Below, in pieces: positions 10,471 through 21,890 of a stretch of 64,000 nt of DNA. Position 1 is the stretch's first letter; the number at the start of each line of letters is the position of its first letter. The notes below the pieces were generated by a model, which saw only the letters and a list, made by a program, of their open reading frames with translations, did not search any database and had not been told where the DNA came from. The stretch is from Clostridia bacterium (lineage in GTDB: Bacteria; Bacillota; Clostridia; Oscillospirales; CAG-272): the NCBI GenBank assembly GCA_017412045.1, contig JAFQOX010000041.1, forward strand, positions 10,689-74,688, in the 5' to 3' direction. The position numbers were made by a program, and so were the translations under genes.

Positions 10471-11652
10471 TTAAGAATCTGCGGTTTCCGATCGAATGGC
10501 AACCGTACCGTCCGAGCAAACGATCTCCTTCAGCTCCGTGACCGCATACCAATTGCCGTTCTTTTCCATGGCGTTCCATTGCGAAACGGTTCCTTCGAAG
10601 GAAAGCGTCTTGATGCCGCTGCTTGCCAGAAGGGCAACGCCGAGCTTTTGGACGGAAGCGGGCACCGTCAGCGCCTGCAACGCGATACAGCCGTCAAAGG
10701 TTCTGTCGCCAAGCTCCGTCAAGGAATGGGAAAGCGTGACCGAAGTGAGCGTCAGACAGTCGCTGAACGCATAAACGCCAAGCTTTTCCACGGAATCGGG
10801 CACCGTGACCGAGGTGAGCTTCTTGCATTCATAGAAAGCATGATTTTTGATTTCCGTCACACCGCTCGGAATACGGATCTCCTCCAGGCTGACGCAGGAG
10901 GAAAAGGCTCTTTCTCCGATGCGGGTAATCCCGTCGGGAAGCGTGAGCTTTTTCAGAGATGCGCAATGCGCAAACAGCCAATCCGCAATTTCGGTCACGC
11001 CGTCGGGAATGCTCATTTCCCGTAAGGAGGCGCAGCCGTAAAACGCCAGATTTCCGATTTCCGTCACGTCATCGGAAAAATGGATTTCCTTCAGCGCTTT
11101 ACAATCGTAAAACATTCCCTGTCCGATCTTGGTGATGGAATCGGGAATCGTTATGATCTCCAGACTTTGACAATTATAGAAAACCGCCTCGCCCAGATTT
11201 TGCAGACCATCGGGCAAAACGACGTCGCGCAAGCCCGTGCAATGATAGAAAGCCGCCGTTCCGAGCGTTTGGAGTCCGGAGGGAAGCTTGACCGATTTCA
11301 ATTGATTACAGCCGTAAAAGGCGCCTGAGCCGATCACCGTCACGGAATCGGGGATCGTGACCTCCTTCAGTTTGCTGTTCCCCCGGTGTTGCTCGGCATC
11401 CTTTTTGGAGATGCCGTAATTATAAAATACGTTTTTACCGATGGCGGTCACGCGGTAACCGTCCAGATATTCGGGGATATGGACCTTTCTCGCTCTACAG
11501 CTTCCCGCCCCCGTGATCGTACAGGTCACGCCGTCCTCGTTGACAACGTATTCCAGACCGCGCGCATCGTACGGTCCCATCGCGATCGCGACGATCGCGC
11601 CGACCGCGAGCACCACTGCAAGCGCGGCAAAAATCCAAAATTTCTTTTTCAT
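10471..11652 (-). CDS. BspA-type leucine-rich repeat surface protein
   Basis: N-terminal transmembrane/signal segment and repeated LxxVxIPDSVTxIGxxAFYxC units. Confidence 0.9.
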   Translation of the reverse strand: MKKKFWIFAALAVVLAVGAIVAIAMGPYDARGLEYVVNEDGVTCTITGAGSCRARKVHIPEYLDGYRVTAIGKNVFYNYGISKKDAEQHRGNSKLKEVTIPDSVTVIGSGAFYGCNQLKSVKLPSGLQTLGTAAFYHCTGLRDVVLPDGLQNLGEAVFYNCQSLEIITIPDSITKIGQGMFYDCKALKEIHFSDDVTEIGNLAFYGCASLREMSIPDGVTEIADWLFAHCASLKKLTLPDGITRIGERAFSSCVSLEEIRIPSGVTEIKNHAFYECKKLTSVTVPDSVEKLGVYAFSDCLTLTSVTLSHSLTELGDRTFDGCIALQALTVPASVQKLGVALLASSGIKTLSFEGTVSQWNAMEKNGNWYAVTELKEIVCSDGTVAIRSETADS

Positions 11653-11855
11653 GTTCTCTGAATATTCCTTTCCGAAAAATTCTTGCTCGATTTCTCCCAA
11701 TCATTATACAATGAAAAAGTAATTTTGTAAAGATTTTTCATCATTTATTCATTTTTTTCTCAATATTTTTACATTTACGGAAAAGCGGAGCATTGGAAGT
11801 CCGCGTCAGGCAAAGGGATTTGTTTTTTGACGAAGATATGATAGCGAGCAAGGCA

Positions 11856-13865
11856 TCAGATATACCGGGGAAACGTCAGGATCGCTTTGAACAAATCCCC
11901 GTCGACGACGATCTCAAAGCGTCCGTTGCACAGCTCCGTATAGCTTTTGGCGATGGCAAGACCGAGTCCGTTTCCTTCCGCCGTTCTCGATTCGTCACCG
12001 CGGACGAATCGGCACGTGATCTCCCGCGGGTCGAAATCCAGAGGATACGCAGAAATATTTTTGAATACCAGCTCCACCTCCCCGTCCTTTTCGGATGCTG
12101 TGATAAATACTCTCGTATTTTTCATCGTATACTTGAGAATATTATGGATCAGATTGCCGATCACGCGCGAAAGCTTGCGACCGTCGGCAGAAATATACAG
12201 CTCTCCCGGCGTTTCCACGCAGAAGGTCAGTCCCGAGCACTGAATTTCGCCGTCGTGCTCGCCGAGCGCTTGCTGGATCAGAAGAGAAGCATCGAGCTTT
12301 TCAAAAACCGCTTCGTCGTTGCCGCTCTGCGCCTTGGAAATATCAAAGAGATCCTGCGTCAGCGTTTTCAATCTGTCCGCCTTTTTGGAAACGACGGCAA
12401 CGTAATCCCGCGCTTCCTCGGGCAGATCCTCCATGTTCGATAAAAGCTCCGTATAATTGATGATGGAGGTGATCGGCGTTTTCAGATCGTGCGAAACGTT
12501 CGTGATCAGCTCCGTTTTCATCCGTTCCGCTTTGATCTTCGCGGAAACGGATTCGTCAAGTCCCTTGGCGATCCCGTTGATATTTTCCGCCAACGCTCTC
12601 ATATCGTCGCATTTCAGCGCGGGAATCTGATACGAGACGTTGCCGCCGCGTACCTCGCGGACGCCTTTTTGGATATCCTCAAGGTCCTTTGCGCGATACC
12701 CGATCACAAAGCAGGCAATGGCAAACAAAAGGATTCCCGCGATCACCCATTCCAACGTAGCGGTCATTGCCACGCCGCAAGCGCCGATCAGAGCGGTATA
12801 GACGAAAAGCATGGCGATGAGGATGACGCCCGTTTTTTGCGACAGCAACCGGATCACCGCCGTACAAAAGGCTTTGATCATTCTCAGAATCCATCTCAGC
12901 GTACAAAAAACGACGCTCGATTCCATCAATCTGCGCGTTTTGATGTTTCTGATCAACGAAAGCAGAGAGGTCACGATGATCAGCGAGGCAAGCGCCGATG
13001 CAAATCCAAGAAGCGGATACACCCAATCAAACGGGAAATTGCCCGATATATACTCGTCGAGCACGAATAAACAAAGCACCGTCGCACCAATTCCGCTTCC
13101 GCCGAGCGCGGCGATATGGACCTCCGCCCAAATGCCGTCAATCCACAGATTCCGATATTCGCCGTTATGATCCTTTCCGCATACGCAGATCAGATAAATC
13201 AGCAGGAGCAAAGCGGCGACGGCACACGCCAGCGTACGTCGGAACGACGCCATGACGATCCCCTCCTGCTTTTCCCACATCGTTCTGTATTTCAAGACGG
13301 TGTCCTCCTTGATGCTGCAAGCGACCACCAGCGTGCTCGCGCCGTCGGAGCGTTCCATTTCTTCCGCCAGGGTTTCGGTAAACGACAGATATTTGGCGGA
13401 TGACACGTTTTCGGCCCTGCCCTCGCCGTCCCTGCGGAAGCAGGCGTGATATTCTGCCTGCATCAGTTCATCCGCAGAGGTTGCGCCACAGTTGGTCAGC
13501 ACGGTATCATTCCATTTTACGTAATAGTTGACTTCGTCGGAAAGATAAAAATTTCTGAACCGTTTTTGCATATTGGCTTCCAACGATCCCTCCTCCGGCA
13601 AATCGCCCTGCGTCGCATCGCCGCCGTGCCCGTCGCGCGGAAACGTGCTGATATAAGCGCTCAGAACGGCGTTTCCGGGCTCGTTCAGCAGATGCGACAG
13701 ATACCACGATTCCGAGAAATCACTTTCAAAGGAATACATACTCCTTTCCTCGTCAAAATACGCGATGAGCCCTTCGCTCACCGTCAGAACGCCAAGCGTC
13801 ACGCTTGCGATCAGTAAGATCACCGCCATCAATTTCAGCGCGGCGGAATATACGATTTTTTTCAT
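11856..13865 (-). CDS. Membrane sensor histidine kinase
   Basis: NVSHDLKTP H-box, GNGLGLAIA G-box and several TM helices. Confidence 0.93.
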   Translation of the reverse strand: MKKIVYSAALKLMAVILLIASVTLGVLTVSEGLIAYFDEERSMYSFESDFSESWYLSHLLNEPGNAVLSAYISTFPRDGHGGDATQGDLPEEGSLEANMQKRFRNFYLSDEVNYYVKWNDTVLTNCGATSADELMQAEYHACFRRDGEGRAENVSSAKYLSFTETLAEEMERSDGASTLVVACSIKEDTVLKYRTMWEKQEGIVMASFRRTLACAVAALLLLIYLICVCGKDHNGEYRNLWIDGIWAEVHIAALGGSGIGATVLCLFVLDEYISGNFPFDWVYPLLGFASALASLIIVTSLLSLIRNIKTRRLMESSVVFCTLRWILRMIKAFCTAVIRLLSQKTGVILIAMLFVYTALIGACGVAMTATLEWVIAGILLFAIACFVIGYRAKDLEDIQKGVREVRGGNVSYQIPALKCDDMRALAENINGIAKGLDESVSAKIKAERMKTELITNVSHDLKTPITSIINYTELLSNMEDLPEEARDYVAVVSKKADRLKTLTQDLFDISKAQSGNDEAVFEKLDASLLIQQALGEHDGEIQCSGLTFCVETPGELYISADGRKLSRVIGNLIHNILKYTMKNTRVFITASEKDGEVELVFKNISAYPLDFDPREITCRFVRGDESRTAEGNGLGLAIAKSYTELCNGRFEIVVDGDLFKAILTFPRYI

Positions 13866-13878
13866 GCAACATTCTCCT

Positions 13879-14559
13879 TTACTCAATTTTGTAGCCGATG
13901 CCCCAGACCACCTTGAGGTATCTCGGCTCCTTTGGATTGATCTCGATTTTTTCCCTGATGTGGCGGACGTGTACTGCGATCGTCCCGTCTCCAACGGCGT
14001 TCTGCTCGTTCCAGACGTTGGAATAAATGTCCTCTGCGGAAAAGACGCGCCCTCTGTTTCTTGCCAGAAGCTCCAGGATTTTGTACTCGACGGGTGTCAG
14101 TCTGACGGGATCTCCGTCTACCCTGACAGTCCTGCTCTCCGTGCTGATACAGAGCCCACCGATCACGATCTCTCCGTTCTGTCTGCCAATGGAGCCGAGC
14201 GTGGTATACCGCCGAAGCTGGGATTTTACCCTCGCCATCAGCTCAGAAGGATTGAAGGGCTTCGTCACGTAATCGTCCGCGCCTGCGGCAAGTCCGAAGA
14301 TCTTATCCGTGTCCTCGGATTTGGCGGAAAGAAGGATCACGGGGATATTTCTCGATTCCCGCAGCTTCATCAAGGTCCGTATGCCGTCGAGCCTCGGCAT
14401 CATGATATCCATGATCATCAGATGCACCTCGTTTTCGGCAAGCGTCTCCAGCGCCGCCAAGCCGTCGTAAGCTTTCAGCACGCCGTAGCCCTCTCCCGAA
14501 AGAAAAATACCTATGCTCTCCACGATCTCTCTGTCATCGTCCACAACCAACACGTTCAT
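13879..14559 (-). CDS. OmpR-family response regulator
   Basis: VVDDD, DIMMP, KPF receiver motifs and winged-helix VWGIGYK. Confidence 0.95.
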   Translation of the reverse strand: MNVLVVDDDREIVESIGIFLSGEGYGVLKAYDGLAALETLAENEVHLMIMDIMMPRLDGIRTLMKLRESRNIPVILLSAKSEDTDKIFGLAAGADDYVTKPFNPSELMARVKSQLRRYTTLGSIGRQNGEIVIGGLCISTESRTVRVDGDPVRLTPVEYKILELLARNRGRVFSAEDIYSNVWNEQNAVGDGTIAVHVRHIREKIEINPKEPRYLKVVWGIGYKIE

Positions 14560-14613
14560 TTTTTTCACCTCCGTGCGTATCGTACCATACAATTCTTAAT
14601 ATATACCCATGAA

Positions 14614-14635
14614 ATTTCTTAAGTTTTCTTAAGAA
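14614..14635 (-). promoter_or_regulatory. Putative response-regulator binding site
   Basis: TCTTAAG direct repeat with 11-bp period just upstream of the response regulator gene. Confidence 0.4.
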
Positions 14636-14750
14636 ATCAAAATTTTCATCGGAAAATATTTTTTTATTTTTCTGTTTTATATATACTTTTTTCATAATTA
14701 TGTGATATAATAATCTAAAATCAAATTCATAAAAAGGAAGTGTCTTTACA

Positions 14751-15617
14751 TTGCGCATAAAAAAAGTCTTGCCCTGCTATTTTATCCTTGCTTTCCTGTC
14801 CGGCATCGCGCTCTCCGTATGGAGAACGGTTCTGATGGTGCGTTATTACGACCCCTATAACAACGAATACGCCGTCGAAGCCTTCGGACAGCTGGAAGCC
14901 ATCGGATTGACGCTGTTTTTCGTTTTGGTTCTTCTTGCAACTGCGGCGTTCGTCCTGAGAAGCTTCACGTTCAAGCCTCACGATACCGCGGAGCATTCGG
15001 GCTCCGTCTTTACGAGCGCGCTTCTCGGCTTTGTTTTTCTGGCGGTCAGCATTTTCATTTCGTTTGACCTGAACGTCATTCTGGAGAATATCCAATTTCC
15101 TTTATTCCGCTACGCGCAGATCGTATCGTACGCCCTGCTGTTCCCCTGCGCCGTTTATTTCGTCGTCAACGCGATGGGCAATCCGGGGCTGGAAACGGTC
15201 AAAAAAGCGCTCTCCTTCGTTCCGCCGTTGTGGGGTGTCGCTTTCCTGCTCGCCTCCCATATAGATCCTGCGTACAATTATAAGGATTTCAACCATACGC
15301 TCTGCAACGTCGCCATCGGCGCGCTGACCGTCTTTTTCCTTTACGAAACCAAAGCGGCGGTCACGGGAAAAGCCTCGATCGCCTATTTCGTTTTCTCGCT
15401 GATCTCCCTCACGGCATCTATGGTCTGTATGATCCCTACCTTCGTTTTGCTGGCTTACTGGGAGCTTTCCTCCAATCTCAACCACCTCTTTGAAGCGGTC
15501 TTGCTCGGCTCGATCTTCTATACCTGCGCTTGCTTCTTTCGGCTCTGCAAAAACGTCACCCCATGCGAAAAGAAGCCAAAGGAGAAAAAAGAAAAAGCTG
15601 AAGATCCCAACGCATAA
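14751..15617 (+). CDS. Hypothetical multi-pass membrane protein
   Basis: About 8 hydrophobic segments, AAGGAAG RBS and TTG start. Confidence 0.7.
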   Translation: MRIKKVLPCYFILAFLSGIALSVWRTVLMVRYYDPYNNEYAVEAFGQLEAIGLTLFFVLVLLATAAFVLRSFTFKPHDTAEHSGSVFTSALLGFVFLAVSIFISFDLNVILENIQFPLFRYAQIVSYALLFPCAVYFVVNAMGNPGLETVKKALSFVPPLWGVAFLLASHIDPAYNYKDFNHTLCNVAIGALTVFFLYETKAAVTGKASIAYFVFSLISLTASMVCMIPTFVLLAYWELSSNLNHLFEAVLLGSIFYTCACFFRLCKNVTPCEKKPKEKKEKAEDPNA

Positions 15618-15637
15618 TCCAACGATTCACAATCCAT

Positions 15638-15754
15638 CAAAAAGCGGCGAATCGCCGCTGGTGGTTGCTCGCCTATCGCAGTTAAGACTGTATCCAAACG
15701 ATATAAACGGCGAGGTTTGATTTGCGCAATTTCCCATAGTAGTACAAAAAGCGG
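15638..15754 (-). repeat. Dispersed structured repeat family A, copy 3
   Basis: Terminal hairpin variant GCGGCG-AAT-CGCCGC. CAAAAAGCGG direct repeats at both ends. Confidence 0.9.
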
Positions 15755-15789
15755 TTGCTCCGCGCCAAGGCACGGAGCAACCGCTTTTT
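15746..15789. terminator. Bidirectional terminator after leuB
   Basis: AAAAAGCGGTTGCTCCG...CGGAGCAACCGCTTTTT. Confidence 0.85.
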
Positions 15790-15805
15790 CTTTCAGTATG
15801 ACGGA

Positions 15806-16873
15806 TCAGATTTCCGCAAGGATGGCATCGGTCATCTCTACCGTGCCCAGCGCGTCCCCGCCGTGCGCGATGTCTGCGGTGCGCAGACCTGCGTCCAACA
15901 CGCGGTTGACGGCATCCTCGATCGCCTGCGCTTCCGCTTCGAGAGCGAATGCGTAGCGGAGCATCATCGCCGCGGAAAGGATCGTCGCGATGGGGTTCGC
16001 CTTATTCTGTCCCGCAATATCGGGCGCAGAGCCGTGGATCGGCTCGTACAGACCGACCTTGGTCGCACCGATGGATGCGGAGGGAAGCATACCGATGGAG
16101 CCCGTGATCTGGGAAGCCTCGTCGGAGAGAATGTCGCCGAACATATTCGAGGTTACGATGACGTCGAACTGCGAGGGATTGCGCACGAGCTGCATAGCGG
16201 CGTTATCCACGAGCATATCGGTGACGGTCACGTCCGGATATTCCGCCGCGATCTCGTGAACGGTCTTTCTCCAGAGTCGGGAGGTTTCCAGCACGTTCGC
16301 TTTGTCAATGCTGGTAACCTTCTTATTGCGTACGCGTGCCGCCTCGAACGCCGCGCGAGCGATGCGCTCGATCTCCATACGGCTGTACTGCTCGGTATCG
16401 TAAGCCTCCTCGCCGTACTTGCCATCGCGGTAGCCGCGGTCGCCGAAGTAGATACCGCCCGTCAGCTCTCTGACGATCATGATATCGAAGCCCTTCTCGA
16501 CGAGGTCGGGACGGAGCGGAGAATCGTCCTTTAATGCGGCGTACAGGCGCGCGGGACGAAGGTTGGTGTAAAGTCCCATTGCCGCGCGAATACCGAGAAG
16601 CGCCTTTTCGGGACGGACGTTGCCGGGGAGATTGTCCCACTTGGGACCGCCGACCGCGCCGAGCAGAACGCTGTCGGAAGCAAGGCAGCCCGTAACGGTC
16701 TCCTCGGGAAGCGGAGCGCCCGTCGCATCGATTGCGGCGCCGCCGATCAGATAGGGTGTAAAATGAAATTCATGTCCGAATTTCGAAGCGATTTTTTCCA
16801 GAACGCGAACGGCGGAGTCCACGATCTCGGGACCGATGCCGTCGCCCTTCAGTAAAGCAATATTCAGATTCAT
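15806..16873 (-). CDS. leuB: 3-isopropylmalate dehydrogenase
   Basis: [17 protein letters not shown] and [12 protein letters not shown] motifs. Confidence 0.96.
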   Translation of the reverse strand: MNLNIALLKGDGIGPEIVDSAVRVLEKIASKFGHEFHFTPYLIGGAAIDATGAPLPEETVTGCLASDSVLLGAVGGPKWDNLPGNVRPEKALLGIRAAMGLYTNLRPARLYAALKDDSPLRPDLVEKGFDIMIVRELTGGIYFGDRGYRDGKYGEEAYDTEQYSRMEIERIARAAFEAARVRNKKVTSIDKANVLETSRLWRKTVHEIAAEYPDVTVTDMLVDNAAMQLVRNPSQFDVIVTSNMFGDILSDEASQITGSIGMLPSASIGATKVGLYEPIHGSAPDIAGQNKANPIATILSAAMMLRYAFALEAEAQAIEDAVNRVLDAGLRTADIAHGGDALGTVEMTDAILAEI

Positions 16874-16948
16874 GACGATGTTCCTCCTTAACGCAGTTTC
16901 GTCAACTTCAGAAAAATATAATAAATTTAAAATTTGCAAGGCAAATTT

Positions 16949-17054
16949 TTCCTTCATATTCCGCGAACAGCGGAATATATCACTCGCGCACAGCGCGAAT
17001 ATCACTTTGACGAAGTCAAAATATCACGTTTCGCCACAGGCGAAATATATCATT
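16949..17054 (-). repeat. Branched fold-back element family B, half copy
   Basis: Four TGATAT motifs, each followed by a small hairpin, then ATGAAGGAA, as in the 54163 element. Confidence 0.75.
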
Positions 17055-17091
17055 GCAATGTTGTCAGCCTTCCGTTGACGGCATTGCCTCC

Positions 17092-17586
17092 TTAACGGAT
17101 ATTGCCCTTTTTGATGGATTCCATCAGACCGCCGTCGGCGATGATCTTGCCGATGAAGGGCGGGAAGGGCTTGGTCATATAGGTTTCTCCGGTCGTTTCA
17201 TTCTTGATCACGCCGGTATCGGAATCGGAGGTGATGACGTCGCCGTCAGAAATGCCCTCCGCAGCCTCGGGGCATTCGTAGATGGCAAGACCGATATTGA
17301 TGGCGTTGCGGTAAAAGATTCTCGCGAAGCTCTTGGCGATGACGAGCGTCACGCCGCTTTCCTTGATCGCCAGGGGCGCGTGCTCACGGGAGGAGCCGCA
17401 ACCGAAGTTATTGCCGCCGACGATGATATTGCAGGTCTTGACGCGCGCCTGGAAGGAAGCGTCGAGGTCCTCCATGCAGTGAGAAGCCAGCTCTTTTTTA
17501 TCAATGGTATTGAGATATCTTGCGGGAATGATGACGTCGGTATCGACGTTATCGCCGTATTTGATTACTTTTCCTTCAAATTTCAT
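17092..17586 (-). CDS. leuD: 3-isopropylmalate dehydratase small subunit
   Basis: [14 protein letters not shown] and [12 protein letters not shown]. Confidence 0.95.
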   Translation of the reverse strand: MKFEGKVIKYGDNVDTDVIIPARYLNTIDKKELASHCMEDLDASFQARVKTCNIIVGGNNFGCGSSREHAPLAIKESGVTLVIAKSFARIFYRNAINIGLAIYECPEAAEGISDGDVITSDSDTGVIKNETTGETYMTKPFPPFIGKIIADGGLMESIKKGNIR

Positions 17587-17608
17587 GATTAAACTCCTTT
17601 TCTCTTGA

Positions 17609-18868
17609 TTACAGCTCGTCCGCGCTTGCGATTCTGCCGAGAATGGCGGAAGCGGCGGCAACTGCGGGAGAAGCAAGATAAACCTCGGAGGTGGGATCGC
17701 CCATTCTGCCGACGAAATTGCGGTTGGTCGTCGCGACAGCGCGTTCCTTGGGCGCGAGAATGCCCATATGACCGCCGAGACAGGGTCCGCAGGTCGGAGT
17801 AGAAACAGCGCATCCTGCCTGAATGAAGACCTCAAGCAGACCTTCTCTCATCGCGCGCAGATAGATTTCCTGCGTTGCGGGAATGATGATGGCGCGAACG
17901 CCCTTTGCGACCTTTCTGCCGCGCATAAGCTCTGCGGCTTCCTTGATATTTTCGTAATAGCCGTTGGTGCAGGAGCCGATCACGACCTGATCGATCTTGA
18001 TCTCGTCGATCTCGTCGGTCGTGTGCGTGTTTTCGGGAAGGTGGGGGAATGCAACGGTCGGCTTGATGGCGGAGAGATCGATTTCGATCACTTCATCGTA
18101 AGCCGCATCCTCGTCAGCCGTGTAAACGACGGGCTTGCGGTCGGAGCGCTCCGCGATATACGCGAGCGTTTTTTCGTCAACCTCAAAAATACCGTTCTTT
18201 GCACCCGCTTCGATCGCCATATTGCAGATCGTCAGACGGTCGGTGACGGAAAGCGCGTGCGCACCCTCGCCCGTGAATTCCATGGAGCGGTACAGAGCGC
18301 CGTCCACGCCGATCTTTCCGATGATGTGAAGGATGACGTCCTTACCCGTGATATGCGCGCGGGGTGTACCCGTGAGCACGAATTTGATGGCAGAGGGAAC
18401 CTTGAACCACGCCTTGCCCGTTGCCATGCCGCAAGCCATATCGCTGGAGCCTACACCCGTGGAGAACGCGCCAAGCGCGCCGTAGGTACAGGTGTGGGAG
18501 TCCGCGCCGATGACGACGTCACCGGAAACGACGAGACCTTTTTCGGGAAGGAGCGCGTGCTCTACGCCCATCTGTCCGACGTCGTAGAAATGAACGACTT
18601 CCTTTTCTGCGCAGAAATCACGGCACATCTTGCACTGGATCGCCGCCTTGATATCCTTGTTGGGCGCGAAATGGTCCATGACCATCGTAACCTTTTCTTT
18701 ATCGTAGACCTCGGTATAGCCGAGCTTATTGAATTCGCGGATCGCAACGGGAGAGGTGATGTCGTTGCCGAGAACGCGGTCGAGAGAAACGAGGATCAGC
18801 TCGCCCGCTTCCACTTTATCCAGCCCCGCATGAGCCGCGAGGATCTTTTGTGTCATTGTCATACCCAT
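17609..18868 (-). CDS. leuC: 3-isopropylmalate dehydratase large subunit
   Basis: [23 protein letters not shown] and [10 protein letters not shown]. Confidence 0.96.
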   Translation of the reverse strand: MGMTMTQKILAAHAGLDKVEAGELILVSLDRVLGNDITSPVAIREFNKLGYTEVYDKEKVTMVMDHFAPNKDIKAAIQCKMCRDFCAEKEVVHFYDVGQMGVEHALLPEKGLVVSGDVVIGADSHTCTYGALGAFSTGVGSSDMACGMATGKAWFKVPSAIKFVLTGTPRAHITGKDVILHIIGKIGVDGALYRSMEFTGEGAHALSVTDRLTICNMAIEAGAKNGIFEVDEKTLAYIAERSDRKPVVYTADEDAAYDEVIEIDLSAIKPTVAFPHLPENTHTTDEIDEIKIDQVVIGSCTNGYYENIKEAAELMRGRKVAKGVRAIIIPATQEIYLRAMREGLLEVFIQAGCAVSTPTCGPCLGGHMGILAPKERAVATTNRNFVGRMGDPTSEVYLASPAVAAASAILGRIASADEL

Positions 18869-18906
18869 GAGAAATGACCTCCTTCTATATAAATCTTCTA
18901 TATAAA

Positions 18907-20556
18907 TTATAACATTCTGTTGATCGCGCTGACGAGCGCCTTGACGGAAGAAATGACGATATCGCTGTCAATGCCCGCGCCCCAGGAGGTTCCGTCGCCG
19001 TTTTTGATGGAGACGTAGGAAACCGCGCGGGAGGTGGAGCCGTCCTCAAGCGCGTGCTCGGAATAGCTGTCGATCATATAGCATTTGCCGATGACGGAGG
19101 TGATCGCGCCGGAAACTGCGTCCAGACTGCCGTTGCCGATCGAGCTGACCGTGTATTCCTTACCCTTCCAGGTCATAACGACCTCTGCTTTGGTTACGCC
19201 GTTTTCCTTGCGGAAATGCGCTTCCGTGACGTTGAGCTTATTTTTGAGATTGACGTAATTGTCCATAAAGATCTCGTAGACCTCCGCGGAGGAAAGCTCC
19301 TTGTGCGCATGGTCGGAAATGCTCTTGACGTGATAACCGAACACCTCACGCATTTTGGGAGGAAGAACGAGAGAATATTTCGTTTCGAGCAGATAGCCGA
19401 TGCCGCCCTTGCCCGACTGGGAGTTGATGCGGATGACATCCGCCTCGTAGACTCTGCCGAGGTCGGTGGGGTCGATGGGAAGATAGGGAACGTTCCAGAT
19501 TCCGCCGTGCGCCTCTCTGTAATGCATACCCTTGGCGATCGCGTCCTGATGGGAGCCGCTGAACGCCGCGAAAACGAGCGCGCCGCTGTAGGGCTGGCGT
19601 TCGTAAACGTGCATACGGGTGACCTTTTCGTAGGTCGCGCAGATCTCGGGAAGGTTGGAAAAATCCAGTCCGGGATCGATGCCCTGAGAATACATATTGA
19701 GCGCGAGCGTGATGATATCGACATTGCCCGTGCGCTCACCGTTGCCGAAAAGCGTGCCCTCGATACGGTCGCCGCCCGCCAGCAGTCCCATTTCGCTGTC
19801 GGCGACCGCGCATCCGCGGTCGTTGTGAGGATGGAGCGAGATCACGAGGTTTTCTCTGTTGTGCAGATGCTTACACATATATTCCACCTGGTTTGCGTAA
19901 ACGTGGGGCATAGAGTGCGACACAGTGACAGGAAGATTGATGATGACCTTATTGTCGGGCGTGGGCTGCCAGATGTCGATGACCTCGTTGCAGATCTCTG
20001 CGGCAAATTCGGGCTCCGTACCCGTGAAGCTTTCGGGAGAATATTCGAAAATAAAATGACCTTCCGTCTTTTCTCTGTATTCCTTGCAGAGGTTTGCGCC
20101 GAATTTCGCGATCTCGACGATCTCCTCCTTCGATTTTTTGAACACCTGCTCACGCTGTGCGACGGAGGTGGAGTTGTAGAGGTGAACGACCGCGCTCTTC
20201 GCGCCGCGCAGAGCCTCAAAGGTCTTGGCGATGATATGCTCTCTGGACTGCGTCAGCACCTGAATGGTGACGTCGTCGGGAATCATATCGTTCTCGATCA
20301 GCGTGCGGCAGAATTCGTATTCCGTCTCGCTCGCCGCGGGGAAGCCGATCTCGATCTCCTTGAAGCCGACCTTGACGAGAAGCTTGAAGAATTCAAGCTT
20401 TTCCTCCAGGCTCATCGGAATGATCAGCGCCTGATTGCCGTCGCGCAGGTCCACGCTGCACCAGGTCGGCGCTTTTTCCAGATAAGTCTTTTTCATCCAT
20501 GCGCCGTCGGATTCCACAGGAAAAAATTGCTTGGTATATTTTTCGTATCCGTTCAT
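18907..20556 (-). CDS. leuA: 2-isopropylmalate synthase (yeast/Mycobacterium type)
   Basis: [28 protein letters not shown] and SGSHQDAI. Confidence 0.96.
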   Translation of the reverse strand: MNGYEKYTKQFFPVESDGAWMKKTYLEKAPTWCSVDLRDGNQALIIPMSLEEKLEFFKLLVKVGFKEIEIGFPAASETEYEFCRTLIENDMIPDDVTIQVLTQSREHIIAKTFEALRGAKSAVVHLYNSTSVAQREQVFKKSKEEIVEIAKFGANLCKEYREKTEGHFIFEYSPESFTGTEPEFAAEICNEVIDIWQPTPDNKVIINLPVTVSHSMPHVYANQVEYMCKHLHNRENLVISLHPHNDRGCAVADSEMGLLAGGDRIEGTLFGNGERTGNVDIITLALNMYSQGIDPGLDFSNLPEICATYEKVTRMHVYERQPYSGALVFAAFSGSHQDAIAKGMHYREAHGGIWNVPYLPIDPTDLGRVYEADVIRINSQSGKGGIGYLLETKYSLVLPPKMREVFGYHVKSISDHAHKELSSAEVYEIFMDNYVNLKNKLNVTEAHFRKENGVTKAEVVMTWKGKEYTVSSIGNGSLDAVSGAITSVIGKCYMIDSYSEHALEDGSTSRAVSYVSIKNGDGTSWGAGIDSDIVISSVKALVSAINRML

Positions 20557-20607
20557 AAATAAATCCTTTCTGCGAAGCTCCTCCGTAATATACGAACCCG
20601 ATAAAAA

Positions 20608-20893
20608 CAAAAAAGCCCCTTTGCCGAAGGAAACCCTTCGCAAAAGAGACGAGATTACAGATGAACTCGCGGTACCACTCTTTTTGATAACGTTGACGTT
20701 ATCCGCTTTTTCCGCGTCGTTCTCAACGCGGATTCTCTGTAACGGGAGAAGCCCGTTTCCATTTACACGCAAAGGCTTTCAACGGAACTGCTCGGGGGAG
20801 GAGTTATCTGCCGCTCCCGCTGTGTCCTCGCACCGAACGGACACTCTCTGCAAACGGAATATCGGAAATTGTTTCCCCTTCAAACGCATTTGA
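20608..20893 (-). promoter_or_regulatory. Leucine T-box riboswitch leader
   Basis: AGAGA and GGTG stem-I boxes, candidate CTC (Leu) specifier, T-box AAGAGTGGTACCGCG, then terminator with T-tract before leuA. TTGACA-17-TATAAT promoter at 20911-20939. Confidence 0.9.
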
Positions 20894-21182
20894 AATGCTT
20901 ATTTAAACCAATTATATCAAAAAAACTTTCATTTGTCAACAAATGGCAAGAAGTTTTCGTTCGGCATTTTATGAAAAACTTCAAAAACATTTTTGGGCAA
21001 AAAAACGGATTTTTCCGTTTTTATTCATTTCGATAGAAAGATAAACGGGAATTTACACGGCAAAGCAATCATTCATCTCCATCATGCTTCCGAAAATCGT
21101 GCAGGGCAAGAGAAAAATATATTGCAAAATAAAAAAATTCATGATAGAATGAAAATAAAAATTGATGTAAGGAGACTCACCC

Positions 21183-21698
21183 ATGAAATTTCTTGAACTC
21201 GCAAAAGAACGCTTTTCCGTCCGCTCCTTCAAAAAGGATGCCATTGAAGAAGAAAAATTGCAGGCAATCCTGGAGGCAGGCCGCGTAGCGCCCACCGCCT
21301 GCAACCTCCAGCCCCAAAAGATCTATGTGATTCAAAGCGAGGAAATGCGCGAAAAGCTCGCCTCCGTTTGCCGCTTTACCTTTGGCGCGCCCACCGTTCT
21401 CGCCATCTGCTACGATAAGGATAAGGCGTGGAAAAACGATCTGACGCCCGGCTACTGCTCCGGCGAGACAGATGCGGCGATCGTTTGCACGCATATGATG
21501 CTCGAGGCGTGGGAGCTCGGCATCGGCTCCTGCTGGGTCGCGTGGTTCAACGCCGAAGAGGTCCACGCGGCGCTCGGACTGCCCGAAAACGTCGAGCTCT
21601 GCGGCTTGCTCCCCATCGGCTATCCCGCCGAGAACGCGACACCCACCAAGCTCCATACCAGAATCCGCGATTTCAGCGATACCATTCAATTCATGTAA
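21183..21698 (+). CDS. Nitroreductase family protein
   Basis: RFSVRSF, APTACNLQP and LGIGSCWV. Confidence 0.9.
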   Translation: MKFLELAKERFSVRSFKKDAIEEEKLQAILEAGRVAPTACNLQPQKIYVIQSEEMREKLASVCRFTFGAPTVLAICYDKDKAWKNDLTPGYCSGETDAAIVCTHMMLEAWELGIGSCWVAWFNAEEVHAALGLPENVELCGLLPIGYPAENATPTKLHTRIRDFSDTIQFM

Positions 21699-21711
21699 TA
21701 TCAATTTTCGC

Positions 21712-21750
21712 AAACGAGGCCGTCTCCGCGGGAGACGACCTCGTTTTTTT
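21712..21750 (+). terminator. Intrinsic terminator
   Basis: ACGAGG-CCGTCTCC...GGAGACG-ACCTCGT followed by a T-tract. Confidence 0.8.
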
Positions 21751-21890
21751 GGTAAATTCTGTGGTTTTGTTGCATGACGCGCATCAAAAAACACAGCGAC
21801 CCCATTTACTTCCTTTCCGTATTTTGCTATAATCAAAATATCAAGAGCCACGATACACATCCCCGATCGACCGTATAACGGAGGTATTTT

